Shown here: one piece after another, positions 14,078-26,478 of the stretch
How the letters are laid out: the number at the start of each line of letters is the position of its first letter
Numbering within the stretch: position 1 is the first letter of the stretch
NCBI GenBank assembly: GCA_963743525.1
Contig: CAVUQH010000004.1
Coordinates: 576,001 to 640,000 of the forward strand
Reading direction: 5' to 3'
Length of the DNA: 64,000 nucleotides
Origin: an uncultured delta proteobacterium
GTDB taxonomy: Bacteria; Myxococcota_A; Polyangia; Haliangiales; Haliangiaceae
The notes under the pieces: model-generated
Database searches by the model: none
What the model was told of the DNA's origin: nothing
Seen by the model: only the letters and a program-made list of their open reading frames with translations
Position numbers and translations under genes: made by a program

Positions 14078-14203
14078 GGCAGCCTCCCGGCCATGAAATG
14101 ACTGCGTCCCTGGCGTGAAGACAATACCCAATGGTGATGGCGTCGCCAGCCGTCTCCGCTCCGGCGCCGTAAACGGGTAAGTCAACGGGATCGTTTTCGG
14201 GGC
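14078..14203 (+). repeat. Left att arm, copy 1 (direct repeat of 20306-20433)
   Basis: ggcagcctcccggcca.gaaatgactgcgt…atggcgtcgccagccgtctccgct.cggcgccg.aaacgggt.agtcaacgggatcgttttcggggc present at both sites. Confidence 0.9.
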
Positions 14204-14384
14204 TCCTGCAAGCCCGTCTTCCATTTCCCTGGTGAAGAATCTTCCGCGCCTCTCTCGTGGAGGCCGTTCAGGACAATAGGCAATCTGATGGATCGCGGAC
14301 GAAGCCGTGTGGCGCATGCCCGGCTTCACGCTTGCGGTCTGGCCACCATGGTACAAGTCGCTTGTGGAAAGCAGCCTCCGCAGG

Positions 14385-15212
14385 ATGCCGCGATGTTGTG
14401 CATTCCTTGCCGGACTCGCGATCTGCGCTGCCGGACCGGCCGCCTGCGAGAAGAGCGACAGTCGGCCCGCGCCACCGCTACAGGTCTCCCACCGTCCGGT
14501 GGATAGCATCCTTGGCGCATTCACCTGCAAGATCGACGCTGGTCACGTCTACTGCAAGGGCGTCAACACCTATTGCCAGTTGGGCCAGGGAGCACCCGGT
14601 CCAGAACTGGCGACCTGGGTCGAGCTGCCCCATCTCTCCGACGCTACCGCGCTCGCTCTCGGCATGTCACACGCGTGCGCCTTGCGCACCACCGGGCGTG
14701 TCAGCTGCTGGGGCTGGAACCTCCACGGAGAGGCAAGACCTCCGCGGCCGGCTGTTCCGAATCCCGATCTACCCGCAAATGATCCGTCACTGACCATCGG
14801 CACACCGCTCGAGGTCAAAGGCGTTTCGGACGTGGTCGAAATCGGCGCCTCCGTGAGCAGTTCTTGCGCTCGCACACGAACCGGCAAGGTGTTCTGCTGG
14901 GGCGATAGCCAGTTTGTCAACGGAGATGACGATGGAGCGCTCCACCAGATTTCCGTCCCTGACTCGACTCGGCTGCTTGCGGGCCACGACTTCGTGTGCA
15001 GCGTTGCCTCGAACCGCCGCGTTTTCTGTTGGGGACACGTATACGACACCAAGGGTAATGGTCACGAGGAATCCTCTCCCTCGGTCGTCTTGAGCCCCCA
15101 CGCCAATGAATCCATCGAGCCCGGCCGCTTTGGTGTCTGTGTCGGCACCGGATCCAAACGCCGCTGCTGGGGCCGTCCGCCCGGCTCTGTGAAGCTGGCC
15201 CGCCCGCACTAA
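14385..15212 (+). CDS. RCC1/BLIP-II-like repeat lipoprotein
   Basis: Signal ending in AAC; repeats G.VYCKG.N..QLG, HACALRTTGRVSCWG.N.HGE, GKVFCWG. Confidence 0.85.
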   Translation: MPRCCAFLAGLAICAAGPAACEKSDSRPAPPLQVSHRPVDSILGAFTCKIDAGHVYCKGVNTYCQLGQGAPGPELATWVELPHLSDATALALGMSHACALRTTGRVSCWGWNLHGEARPPRPAVPNPDLPANDPSLTIGTPLEVKGVSDVVEIGASVSSSCARTRTGKVFCWGDSQFVNGDDDGALHQISVPDSTRLLAGHDFVCSVASNRRVFCWGHVYDTKGNGHEESSPSVVLSPHANESIEPGRFGVCVGTGSKRRCWGRPPGSVKLARPH

Positions 15213-15465
15213 TATCTCTGCCTCCCGTTCCCCCACGTCGCCGTCTGGTCCGGATCCCCGATCTCCCCGGATCTCGCAGCTCCTCCAGGAAAAGCCCGGC
15301 AGGTGCAGGGCGGGAGGTTTCGCATGACTGCAACCTCGCTGCCTGCAATTCCTCCCTGATTCCCCGCCGGCCACAAGATTGCGAGCTCGCATGGAAGGCT
15401 TGGGCCGTGGGCAGCGTACAACCAACCGATTGTTATAGTGGCCCTCCGGCCCGACACAGCCCACG

Positions 15466-17985
<2,520 letters not shown>

Positions 17986-17988
17986 CCC

Positions 17989-18675
17989 ATGACACTGGCG
18001 GCCGAGGCGCGTTGTCCGGGCTGCAATCGCAGCTTGGCACCAACATCAGACAGCGCGCCGCTGGTCCGCGCGGATGATGTTCGCGACCAGGTGCTGGCGC
18101 GCACGTTTGCCGTCGAAGTGTGCCCATCATGCGAACGTCGGGTGGTGCTCGAAGGCCCGTATCTCTACTTCGACCTGGAGCGCCGCCACTGGATCGGCGT
18201 CTATCCTCTTCACCAGCTGCCCAACCACGCAGCACTCGATCGCGAGACCCGCGCCGTCTTCGACGACACCATGCGGACCGGCTGCGCGCCGATCGTGCGC
18301 ACCTGGGTCGCCCATTTCTCGATTCGCGCGGTCTTTGGCCTGGAAGCTCTGCGCGAAAAGCTGGTCTGCTTCGACGAAGGGCTGAACGACCGTGCCCTGG
18401 AGACCCTAAAGCTCATGCTCATCCGGGACGGCGCGCTCGGGCCCATCTCGCCCCTGACGCCAATCCACCTCGATCGCGTCGAGCACGATCACCTGATACT
18501 CTTTCACGGTTCGATGATGGCCAACGAACACGACCAGGCGCAGCCAGTAGCAGTCCCGCTGACTGCCTACGACGAGGTGTGGGCCGGGCTGCCACCCGCG
18601 CTCGACGACGAGACGACCAGCTGCGCCGTCGATTGGCGCACGCTCGTGATCGGCAGATCGGAGGCGTCGTCATGA
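17989..18675 (+). CDS. CpXC domain zinc-ribbon protein
   Basis: CPGC…CPSC, YLYFD….WI, and R.VFG..ALREKL..FD.GL.DR.LE.LKL typical of CpXC proteins. Confidence 0.8.
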   Translation: MTLAAEARCPGCNRSLAPTSDSAPLVRADDVRDQVLARTFAVEVCPSCERRVVLEGPYLYFDLERRHWIGVYPLHQLPNHAALDRETRAVFDDTMRTGCAPIVRTWVAHFSIRAVFGLEALREKLVCFDEGLNDRALETLKLMLIRDGALGPISPLTPIHLDRVEHDHLILFHGSMMANEHDQAQPVAVPLTAYDEVWAGLPPALDDETTSCAVDWRTLVIGRSEASS

Positions 18676-19571
18676 TCTTCTGGCTGCGACTCGTACTGTG
18701 CGCGGTAGTCGGGCTGGGCGCTTGCACGGAGGGACGACACATGGCCTGGCCGCCGTCGGGAAAGCTGACAAAATGGGAGCAGGGCTCGGTGCCTGGCATG
18801 ACCTTCTACGAGCGCGTGACCGGGCCGCACCAGAGCCAGGGGATCGCGCGGGTGGACGGCAAATCCGGCTATCTCACCGGAATGAAGGCGTTCGACGAAG
18901 CACGCAAGCGACTCGGCGATCGCGACCTGGTTCTCCTGGCCCGGCTGGCCATGCTGCTGGTCGACGAGGGCGTTGCTGGAGACGACCCGTGGACGGGCCC
19001 GGGCCGTTTCACCGACGTGGAGGACCGCGTGGCCAAGCCGCCGTCGATCTCGGGCGACGTGTTCGAGTACTGGCGCCGGCACGAACAGATGCCCAACCTC
19101 ATGCGCGCGCGCCTCAACCTGAAGACAGGCGCCATCGATCTCGAGTCCGCCGACAAGATCGCGCGGGGCCAGGCGATGGCGGCCGATCCGTGGCCGGTAA
19201 TCGAACGCGACCTCGCCAGCGACAGCTACGATGTGGCCCTGCGCGGCATTCGCGAGCTGGAAGCGCTGAAGACACCCAAGGCCAAGGAGCGCCTGCAAAA
19301 GGAAGCGCTCGGCAACAAGGACTACTCCGTCCGCGAAGGCGCCGTGCTGGCCGTCGGTCGGCTCGGTGGCGATGGCGCGCTCGATACGCTGCTACACGCG
19401 GTTACCAGCGACGCGAGCGGTGATGTCCGCAAAGCGGCAGTCAAGGCGCTGGTCGAGCTCGGCGATCCCAAGGCACTCGACACACTGCGCAAGGTGGCCA
19501 ACAGCGATTCCGAGCCAACGGTGCAGGCCGAAGCCCAGATCGCGGTCAACAACTGGTCCAAGAAGCCGTGA
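18672..19571 (+). CDS. HEAT/PBS-lyase repeat lipoprotein (candidate immunity protein)
   Basis: MIFWLRLVLCAVVGLGAC lipobox; VREGAVLAVGRLG, VRKAAVKALVELGDPKALDTL; ATGA overlap with the CpXC gene. Confidence 0.8.
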   Translation: MIFWLRLVLCAVVGLGACTEGRHMAWPPSGKLTKWEQGSVPGMTFYERVTGPHQSQGIARVDGKSGYLTGMKAFDEARKRLGDRDLVLLARLAMLLVDEGVAGDDPWTGPGRFTDVEDRVAKPPSISGDVFEYWRRHEQMPNLMRARLNLKTGAIDLESADKIARGQAMAADPWPVIERDLASDSYDVALRGIRELEALKTPKAKERLQKEALGNKDYSVREGAVLAVGRLGGDGALDTLLHAVTSDASGDVRKAAVKALVELGDPKALDTLRKVANSDSEPTVQAEAQIAVNNWSKKP

Positions 19572-20200
19572 CCGAGCCCGTCGATCGGCTTCGCCTGTTT
19601 GCCACGCCGGTGGACGTCTATCAGCTCGACGAGCTCGCTGAGCTGAACCCGCAACTGACGCGGCGCCTGTCGCAGGAGGCGAGCTCGGTCGCCAGCATCG
19701 AGCGCAGCAACGTCGGCACCTGGCATTCGGCGCCCGATCTCTGTCAACGCGAAGAGTCCTGCTATCAGCGCGTGGTCGAGGCGATGTTGGCGCGGGTTCG
19801 CTCCACGTTCGATCAGATGCTCCTCGAGCGAGGAGAACCGCTCGACCAGCCCTTCGACTACGCGGTGCACGGTTGGGCCATGGTGGCGACCGACGGCGGC
19901 TACGTCGCCCTGCACGATCACGTGGAGGCGCACTTCTCGGTCGCCTACTACCCGGATGCAGGCGACGCGGACAGCGAACGCGACCCGTTATCCGGTCTGC
20001 TGGCCTTCGTCGACCCCGGGCACGGACGCATGTCCGTCGCCGGTCGCGAGATCAATCCTTCGACCTTCACGATCCGCCCGCGAACCGGGATGCTGGTCAT
20101 CTTTCCCGGCTGGCTGCAGCACTATGTCCATCCGTACCGCGGCGGTCGGCCGCGGGTTTCGCTGTCGTTCAACGTGCGACTCGAGCCGGCCGAGGCCTAG
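19568..20200 (+). CDS. Putative 2OG-Fe(II) oxygenase (TIGR02466-like)
   Basis: LFATPV, SN.G.WHS, WA…G.Y..LHDH…FS.AYY, F.DP, GMLVIFPGWLQHYVHPY…RVSLSFN. Confidence 0.9.
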   Translation: MTEPVDRLRLFATPVDVYQLDELAELNPQLTRRLSQEASSVASIERSNVGTWHSAPDLCQREESCYQRVVEAMLARVRSTFDQMLLERGEPLDQPFDYAVHGWAMVATDGGYVALHDHVEAHFSVAYYPDAGDADSERDPLSGLLAFVDPGHGRMSVAGREINPSTFTIRPRTGMLVIFPGWLQHYVHPYRGGRPRVSLSFNVRLEPAEA

Positions 20201-20214
20201 TACCGAAACGGGTC

Positions 20215-20240
20215 AGGCCCCGAGCGGGCACTCGGGGCCT
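20215..20240. terminator. GC hairpin in the right att arm of island A
   Basis: aggccccgag-cgggca-ctcggggcct, a perfect 10-bp stem; counterpart at 30555-30580. Confidence 0.6.
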
Positions 20241-20256
20241 GAAGAGAACTTCTCGT

Positions 20257-20306
20257 AATTCTTGGAGGTGCCACCCGGATTCGAACCGGGGATGGAGGTT
20301 TTGCAG
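20257..20306 (-). repeat. att site: duplicated 3' part of tRNA-Cys (exact 50-bp direct repeat of 30597-30646)
   Basis: aattcttggaggtgccacccggattcgaaccggggatggaggttttgcag identical at both positions, ending at the anticodon loop. Confidence 0.95.
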
Positions 20307-20433
20307 GCAGCCTCCCGGCCACGAAATGACTGCGTTCCTATCGTGAAAACAACAACCTAGCGTTGCATGGCGTCGCCAGCCGTCTCCGCTTCGGCGCCGC
20401 AAACGGGTCAGTCAACGGGATCGTTTTCGGGGC
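20306..20433 (+). repeat. Left att arm, copy 2
   Basis: Direct repeat of 14078-14203, starting exactly at the att core. Confidence 0.9.
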
Positions 20434-20464
20434 GTCGGTGGACCGGCCACGGATATCCCGCAAA

Positions 20465-21170
20465 TCATTTTCCGCTGACTCGCCGCAGTCGTCCTAGCGA
20501 CGTCGCGCGGGGCTTCGACCGCCTTGCAGCAAGCAGGAAAAGAACTGACGCCAGGGCTGTCCAGACGTTGCCGCCGCCGCCGGACGCGCAGCCGCCTGGC
20601 CCCGGACATCGACCTCCCTCGACCCGTCCGATATTGGTGCAATGGTCAAGTGGCACGCAGACCTCGCGCTCGCCGCCCGCACTGTTCCCGCTGCCGTCGG
20701 ACGCAACAACGGACCCGCAGTACGTCTGCCCGAGTTCCAGCTTGGGCGCTGCAGCGGATTCGTCGGAGAAAAAGGAGCCCAAGGGACGATAGCTCAACGG
20801 CACCAGCGGGCACTTGGTGCAATTCAACCTGCGGGAATGCCCATCTGGGAATGCCCATGTCCAGCCCAAATTTCCCGAAGAATACGGTCTTTGGCTGGTC
20901 GTCCGTGAGCCCACAGTCCGGGGCCGCGATCGGCACATCCGACACGCACACGGTCGAGAGCGGATCGCCGAAGATGACAATCGCGTACCTGAGATTGAAC
21001 TCTACGCCCCCGACCGTTCCAGTGATGTTGGTGTTGCGGGCCCCAGCGTCTCCCCGAACACCGCCATCTCCCAGAACGGAGGCGTCCGGACTCCTGCTCC
21101 CGTCAGATGGACTCCCACACGCAACCAGCAGCACGAACGCCGAGCCCAGCCACCGGGATCGCCAAGTCAC
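20465..21170 (-). pseudogene. Chimeric/truncated lipoprotein gene joined out of frame to a MYXO-CTERM 3' end
   Basis: ORF 20646..21170 (lipobox LLVAC; PRWAFPQVEL) and ORF 20465..20980 ending GGCASGGGG-hydrophobic-RR. Confidence 0.6.
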
Positions 21171-22084
21171 GGGACCACCTCAACCGGCACACCCTCGATC
21201 CGCAGTGCCATCGAGCTGTAGTCATACTCGTGGTCGTGCACCGGCCAATACACCGGACTGCCATCGACCGTAGCGGTCAGATCCAAATCCTGCCCGACGT
21301 AGAGCGAGCGGAAATAGCTGTTGTCGAGCTCGTCGGGCGAGATCAGGCCATTCGCGTCCTTGTCGAACCAACCCAAAACAGCGGATGCCAAATCACTATC
21401 ACACGAGGACGGGCATCCCATGTCAACCGAGATCAGCTCGTTGAACGCCCGCGACACCGGATCCCGCATCGCGTCCACGGCGTCGTCTTGCAGCACTCCG
21501 AATCCCACCGTGCCCGTAATCTGTGAATCCGTGACGGCAAGATCGGCTGCCACACCAAGGGAAGCCACCCATTTCACCTCCACAGGATCATTGCCGGGCT
21601 CAAAGAACAGGGAAAGAGGGATCGACCCCGCTCCTTCCGACGCCGCGATGCGGTCTCCTGCGGTCCCGACCGCAGGAGTTGGCATGGGCGACTCCACTCG
21701 GACCGTCCCAGGAGCTGGCGCATCAATCCCCTTGAGAAGGGCGACGCGGGCGTAGGGCTTGTCCGAGCAGGTGCCGATCGCTGCTACCCACGGCCACTGT
21801 GCCAGGGCCTCAGACGAGCCATCAGTGGAGAACGCCACGCCCTGCTCGACCCAGCCCGCGCGGCTGGTTCCCAAGAAGTTGTCCGGGTCGCCCGTCGGCG
21901 GATCAAGGTCGAGGCCAGCGTGGGCCGCCTCGAGCGCGCTTGATGCGAACGTCAGGGACGAGATCTGGAAGTACCGGAAGTTCATCTCACATGGAGCAGG
22001 CTCCGCTCCGGGCAAGCCTGGCGGGCCGCCCATCCCACAGCCACCACAAACGAGCAGCAGTCCAAGGTGGCGAAGCCACAGCAT
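21167..22084 (-). CDS. Hypothetical lipoprotein
   Basis: LLLVCGGC lipobox; GLDLD…DNFLG; EF-hand-like DKDANGLISPDE. Confidence 0.75.
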   Translation of the reverse strand: MLWLRHLGLLLVCGGCGMGGPPGLPGAEPAPCEMNFRYFQISSLTFASSALEAAHAGLDLDPPTGDPDNFLGTSRAGWVEQGVAFSTDGSSEALAQWPWVAAIGTCSDKPYARVALLKGIDAPAPGTVRVESPMPTPAVGTAGDRIAASEGAGSIPLSLFFEPGNDPVEVKWVASLGVAADLAVTDSQITGTVGFGVLQDDAVDAMRDPVSRAFNELISVDMGCPSSCDSDLASAVLGWFDKDANGLISPDELDNSYFRSLYVGQDLDLTATVDGSPVYWPVHDHEYDYSSMALRIEGVPVEVVP

Positions 22085-22124
22085 GGCTCCAGTATCTCGC
22101 CGCTCCGGCGGCGAGACAAACGAT

Positions 22125-22607
22125 CTAGAACCTCACGGTGCCTGAGATCACACCGTCGCCGAAATTCAGCTGGACACCGTACGCGTCCCCTGGACGGGAT
22201 TCGCTCGCCGTCCCGCCGTCCAGCACACGCAAAGCGCCCGCCGTGCTCACCCATTTCCGCGGTGCTGTACCGGTCCGAAGCAGCTCCACCTGTGGGAAGG
22301 CCCACCGAGGCGCACCGCGGTCCCACCCGAACTGTGCAAACACCAGCACACGCGCATCTGCATCGAAGTAGCCACAATCGCGCTCCTCGATCGGCCGATC
22401 CGAGATGCACAGTCAACTCAGCGGCTGCCCTGGCATGAGTGCCGCGTAGGACAGGTGGACGCGGCTTCCAGCCATGGTCCCATCGACCACCGCAAAGCCA
22501 TGAATTGGCTCCGTTTCATCCTGCTGCCCCTCATCCGCGGGCATGCCGCACCCGACGGCGGCCAACGCCAAGACAAAAGTCACGATCCTACTTCGACGAG
22601 CAGTCAT
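22125..22607 (-). pseudogene. Lipoprotein paralogous to 20646..21170, interrupted by in-frame TGA at 22413-22415
   Basis: MTARRSRIVTFVLALAAVGC…PLS*LCISDRPI…CG…FGWDRGAPRWAFPQVEL aligns to PLSTVCVSDVPI…FGLDMGIPRWAFPQVEL. Confidence 0.75.
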
Positions 22608-23091
22608 ATTTTGCCGTCCCGGTAATCGCCACATCAACCGAGGAGAGACGCACTCCATCGCGTAGAACCAAACCGTCATCACGCACCGTCACCCGGTCGG
22701 CGCCGAGGTAGGCTTGCTGGGGGCTCTGCGGATCAACCGCGACTGCCAGGACCGTGAATGTCCCCGGTGCCACGTGATTCACCTCATAGTGCACGGGCCA
22801 ACTCTGGACGGCAATCTGCGTCTTCGAAACGTCCCGCTCACACGCAAGCCCATCGCTGAACGTCATGCCCTCTGGCACAAGAGAGACTTCCAGGTCACCG
22901 GTCGCGTTCGGGAAGATCGTCCCCACATCCCCAGCAACCGATGCGCTTCCAACGCATTCCTTCGCCTCACAGGCCAGTCCCGCCTGACAATCCGCCGACG
23001 TTGCACAGGCCCCGCCCAACCCCGCGCCTTCCGGCCCTGCGGGCGACGCGCACGCCCCTACCAACATCAACAAGCAAGTGTAGCGACTCAT
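22588..23091 (-). CDS. Cys-rich lipoprotein
   Basis: MSRYTCLLMLVGAC lipobox; GGACATSADCQAGLACEAKEC. Confidence 0.75.
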   Translation of the reverse strand: MSRYTCLLMLVGACASPAGPEGAGLGGACATSADCQAGLACEAKECVGSASVAGDVGTIFPNATGDLEVSLVPEGMTFSDGLACERDVSKTQIAVQSWPVHYEVNHVAPGTFTVLAVAVDPQSPQQAYLGADRVTVRDDGLVLRDGVRLSSVDVAITGTAKYDCSSK

Positions 23092-25364
23092 GGACAACCC
23101 CGAAGGGTGATTTCAATGTCGCCGTCAGTGACCTTCACGAGCTGCGGCTCCTCATACTTGCCATCAGGACACAGCCGCGGCAGGTCCTGCGTCCCGTCGC
23201 TCGTGTCTGGAACGAACAGGCACCGCGCAAAGTCTGGATGGCCGTCCTGTTCCACGGCACCAAGAATCCCCAATATCCCCGACACAAGCTGATTCGCGAA
23301 AGGTCCAAGCTGATCCAGCAGACTGTCCCCAGCACTGCTCAAGCTGATCTTCCCGAAGGGAAGGAGCGGGATGTCCACCCCGCCTTCAACTTTGACAGCG
23401 ACCAGCGTGGCATCAATACCTGCATAGCCAGGCCCTGATGACGCCTCGGCGTCCGATCGCTCACGAACGTGTGGCTCGTAGTAGAAGGTGATCGAAAAAT
23501 CCCCGATATTCAAAGGCAAGCCGCTTACCGTCGCGTATCCGTCTTTCAGATCGATCCGCAGTCGGATCTGACCCTGCTGCGCTTGGGGCGGCGTCACGAA
23601 CGGGAAGGGGTCCGCCAGGTCGATCGACACGTGCTTGATCTCCGCATCGAAGTCAGTTGCAACGTCCGCGAAAATTGGGACATCGCCGAGACCGAGGGTA
23701 TCCGGAAGCCGCGCGGTTTGCATCGTTTGGATCAGCTGATCTCGCACGGCGTGAAGGTTCGCAATGATCTGGTCGCGCCGATCATCTGGGAATAGCGGAG
23801 AGATATCGTCTTCCACCGCTGGCGACAGCAACGGTCGCGCTATACACAACGGGCTAAGCGTTGGGTCCTGCACGCACACATGGTTAAGTGGGCACGTACT
23901 TGCGTCCGTCGGATCGCAGTAGTCGTTGTGCCAGCACTCGTCGCAGCCGATGGGCCTACAACCCAGGACCATCCCCGCGACAACCTCCTGTCCCGTGCCC
24001 AGTTCACGGCAGATACCATCGGGGTGACCGTCGCCATCCTGATCTGACCGATCACAGAGCCCCGATGGACAGTCCGCGTTTGACGTGCACTTTGGCACGC
24101 ACGCCCCAGCCGTTGGAGCATTGGCCCTGCCATTCCATGCCGGCGCCCCGGCGCATCTAAAGTCCTCATCATTCCCAAGCACACCGCAGTCCTGGTCGTG
24201 CGCGCATTGCACCTGCCTGCTGCCATCCGTACAGCGAGTACAAAACGCCCCGTCACTTGTCAGGATCCACGGCATTTGGCCACGAGCGACCAAGCCTGGA
24301 TCCTGTGCTGGGCACGACCGACATTCGGCGACCTGGAGTCCCTTCACCAGGAATCGCGGTCGGGCGCCGACAGCTTCCGTTGTGTAGTGCAACTCTCCAG
24401 CACTACACGTCGCACACTGGTCACTCGCGGGATCGAAAAAGGAGCCATCGGGGCACTCGACACAGAAGACGCCCAGGCTCAGGTCGGTCACCACCTGACC
24501 GGCACTTGCACAGTTCTTGTCTGCCTCCGACACTGACGCGTAGAAGGTACGCGTACCACTGCCCGTCAACTCGAGGTCTTCACTAGTCGCCGAGGTAGCC
24601 TGAGTGACAACGGGGGGATCAAACCCGCTGTTTCCACCAACATCGGGATCACAGAACTCGTGGCCCCCCGCCGGCACGCAGACATGCTGCTGTATCTTCA
24701 ATGGGCCGAAACCATCACGTAAGAATACACCTGTCAGCTGTTCATCCAGGAAGCCGTCGAAGTCCTCGGTGTCACCGATCGTCTCCACTGCGACACCCGC
24801 GCCCGACGGATGGTGGTACGGAAACGGAAGCTGCACGTAGCCCGCCAGGTCGAAACATGCAGGCGACCACAAGAAGAACACGGATCCCCACTGCAGGTTC
24901 ATCTGCGCCTCGGAGATCGCGACTCGCCGCGCGAAGCGTGGGCACGCACTTGCCATGTCACTATCGAACAGTTCCGAATCGTGCTGGTCAGCAAAATCCA
25001 CCCGGTTGGCCACTGGCTGGTAGTAGGAGACGCGATAGCCCTTGGGGCCTCCCGACACAGATGGCAGAACGACCACATTTCGACTGGGATTGCTGCCAAC
25101 GCGCGCATCCACCACATCCAGGTCCACACTCAGAGACGGCAGCGTGCGATGGGCTACGGCGACCGTCTCGCCGCCAGCCTGCAACCCGCCGCGCGCAAAT
25201 GCGAGATAGACCGCGTTCCCGTCAGGCGACCGCGCAAGCGACGGAGCACTATAGAAGACAGAAATCAGGGAGCTCCCGGAGAGCAGATCCGTCCGGGGTT
25301 CGACGAATGACCTGACCACGGCGGTAGCCACTCGTCCGTCATGCCGGACAGCCTCGACGAGCAA
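23088..25364 (-). CDS. Large Cys-rich extracellular-type protein, probably 5'-truncated next to the RAYT
   Basis: 758-aa ORF with many Cys clusters but no signal peptide; its first codons overlap the RAYT-flanking repeat copy. Confidence 0.65.
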   Translation of the reverse strand: MLVEAVRHDGRVATAVVRSFVEPRTDLLSGSSLISVFYSAPSLARSPDGNAVYLAFARGGLQAGGETVAVAHRTLPSLSVDLDVVDARVGSNPSRNVVVLPSVSGGPKGYRVSYYQPVANRVDFADQHDSELFDSDMASACPRFARRVAISEAQMNLQWGSVFFLWSPACFDLAGYVQLPFPYHHPSGAGVAVETIGDTEDFDGFLDEQLTGVFLRDGFGPLKIQQHVCVPAGGHEFCDPDVGGNSGFDPPVVTQATSATSEDLELTGSGTRTFYASVSEADKNCASAGQVVTDLSLGVFCVECPDGSFFDPASDQCATCSAGELHYTTEAVGARPRFLVKGLQVAECRSCPAQDPGLVARGQMPWILTSDGAFCTRCTDGSRQVQCAHDQDCGVLGNDEDFRCAGAPAWNGRANAPTAGACVPKCTSNADCPSGLCDRSDQDGDGHPDGICRELGTGQEVVAGMVLGCRPIGCDECWHNDYCDPTDASTCPLNHVCVQDPTLSPLCIARPLLSPAVEDDISPLFPDDRRDQIIANLHAVRDQLIQTMQTARLPDTLGLGDVPIFADVATDFDAEIKHVSIDLADPFPFVTPPQAQQGQIRLRIDLKDGYATVSGLPLNIGDFSITFYYEPHVRERSDAEASSGPGYAGIDATLVAVKVEGGVDIPLLPFGKISLSSAGDSLLDQLGPFANQLVSGILGILGAVEQDGHPDFARCLFVPDTSDGTQDLPRLCPDGKYEEPQLVKVTDGDIEITLRGCP
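25285..25303 (-). repeat. Inverted copy of the RAYT-associated repeat core
   Basis: agatccgtccggggttcga is the exact reverse complement of 26626-26644. Confidence 0.8.
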
Positions 25365-25379
25365 TCAAGTCGTTAGAGC

Positions 25380-25394
25380 TGGAACAGTGCTTGC
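25380..25394 (+). promoter_or_regulatory. sigma54-like promoter of the RAYT gene
   Basis: TGGAACAGTGCTTGC (GG-N10-GC) 13 nt before ATG 25408. Confidence 0.55.
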
Positions 25395-25407
25395 CCTAGA
25401 CAAGCGC

Positions 25408-26295
25408 ATGTCCAAACCCCGCCGCGTGCTGCCCGGCACCACCTACCTCATCTCCCGTCGCTGCTCCGAGCGCCGCTTCTTCCTCGCGCCGAGCGCGCTC
25501 ATCAATCAGATCATCCTGTACTGCCTGGCCTATGCCGCCCGCGTGTTCGGCATACAGGTACACGCAGTTTGCGCCATGTCGAACCACTGGCACGTCATCG
25601 TCACGGATCCACACGGATACGTCTCGAACTTCATGCACCGCGCTCATTTGCTTGTCAGCAAGTGCACCAACACGTTACGCAAGCGCGGCGAAAACATGTG
25701 GACGAATGATGAGCCGAGCTGCATCGAGCTGCCGGACGACGCAACCGTCCTGGCGAAGATGGTCTACGTGCTCACCAATCCGGTCACCGCCAGGCTGGTC
25801 GCCGCTGTCGAGGACTGGCCTGGCGTCTGCCTCGGACCTGAGCTGATCGGAACCAGCCTGCGGGTCGAGCGACCGCCTGTCTACTTCAGCCCCGACGGGC
25901 CGGCTCCTGAGACTCTCGAGCTCTCCATTGTCCCTCCGACCCATTCCCTCGAGAGCCGCTCTCTTCCCGCGCTCATTTGTGCTCTCCGCGAGAGCATCGC
26001 CGCGGTCGAGAAGCACACGGACGGTCCCATCCTGGGCATCGCGGAGGTGCTCGCGCAGGACCCGTTCTCGCGGCCCAGCAGCCCGGAGCCGCGCCCGCGG
26101 CGTCGGCCCCGCGTTGCGGGGGTCATCCGCGACGTGTTTCTCGCAACGCTCACCTCGATGCGCACGTTCTGGGCCCGCTACGCAGACGCCCGTCGACGCT
26201 GGCTGGCCGGCGAGACCTCCGTGGTGTTCCCCGCCGGCACCAACGCCCTCGCCAGCGTCCCTGGAGTCATTGTCGCCGACTACGTCCCTGGGTAG
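25408..26295 (+). CDS. HUH (Y1) REP-associated tyrosine transposase (RAYT / IS200-like)
   Basis: PRRVLPGTTYLISRRC, HUH motif MSNHWHVIV, catalytic YVLTNPV.A.LV…WP. Confidence 0.88.
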   Translation: MSKPRRVLPGTTYLISRRCSERRFFLAPSALINQIILYCLAYAARVFGIQVHAVCAMSNHWHVIVTDPHGYVSNFMHRAHLLVSKCTNTLRKRGENMWTNDEPSCIELPDDATVLAKMVYVLTNPVTARLVAAVEDWPGVCLGPELIGTSLRVERPPVYFSPDGPAPETLELSIVPPTHSLESRSLPALICALRESIAAVEKHTDGPILGIAEVLAQDPFSRPSSPEPRPRRRPRVAGVIRDVFLATLTSMRTFWARYADARRRWLAGETSVVFPAGTNALASVPGVIVADYVPG

Positions 26296-26478
26296 TGCGT
26301 TCCCGCACCGCTTGGCGAAACGACCGGCGACGTGCGTAGGCCACCGGCTCGCCCAGCGCCGCAGAGCGACGCGTTGACTGTCCGCCCGGCCGGACAAATC
26401 GCCGTGGGCACCACCTGGACGCGCTAGTATGCGACAAGATGAGGCACGCTCGATGCCACGTCGTTTCTGCTGCGCGCA

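Noticed and set aside
20263..20306. Second tRNA-Cys gene
   Set aside because: Only the 3' part up to the anticodon loop is present; it is an att duplication
22413..22415. Selenocysteine codon
   Set aside because: A hairpin follows the TGA, but the paralog has Thr, not Cys, at this position; a nonsense mutation or error is more likely
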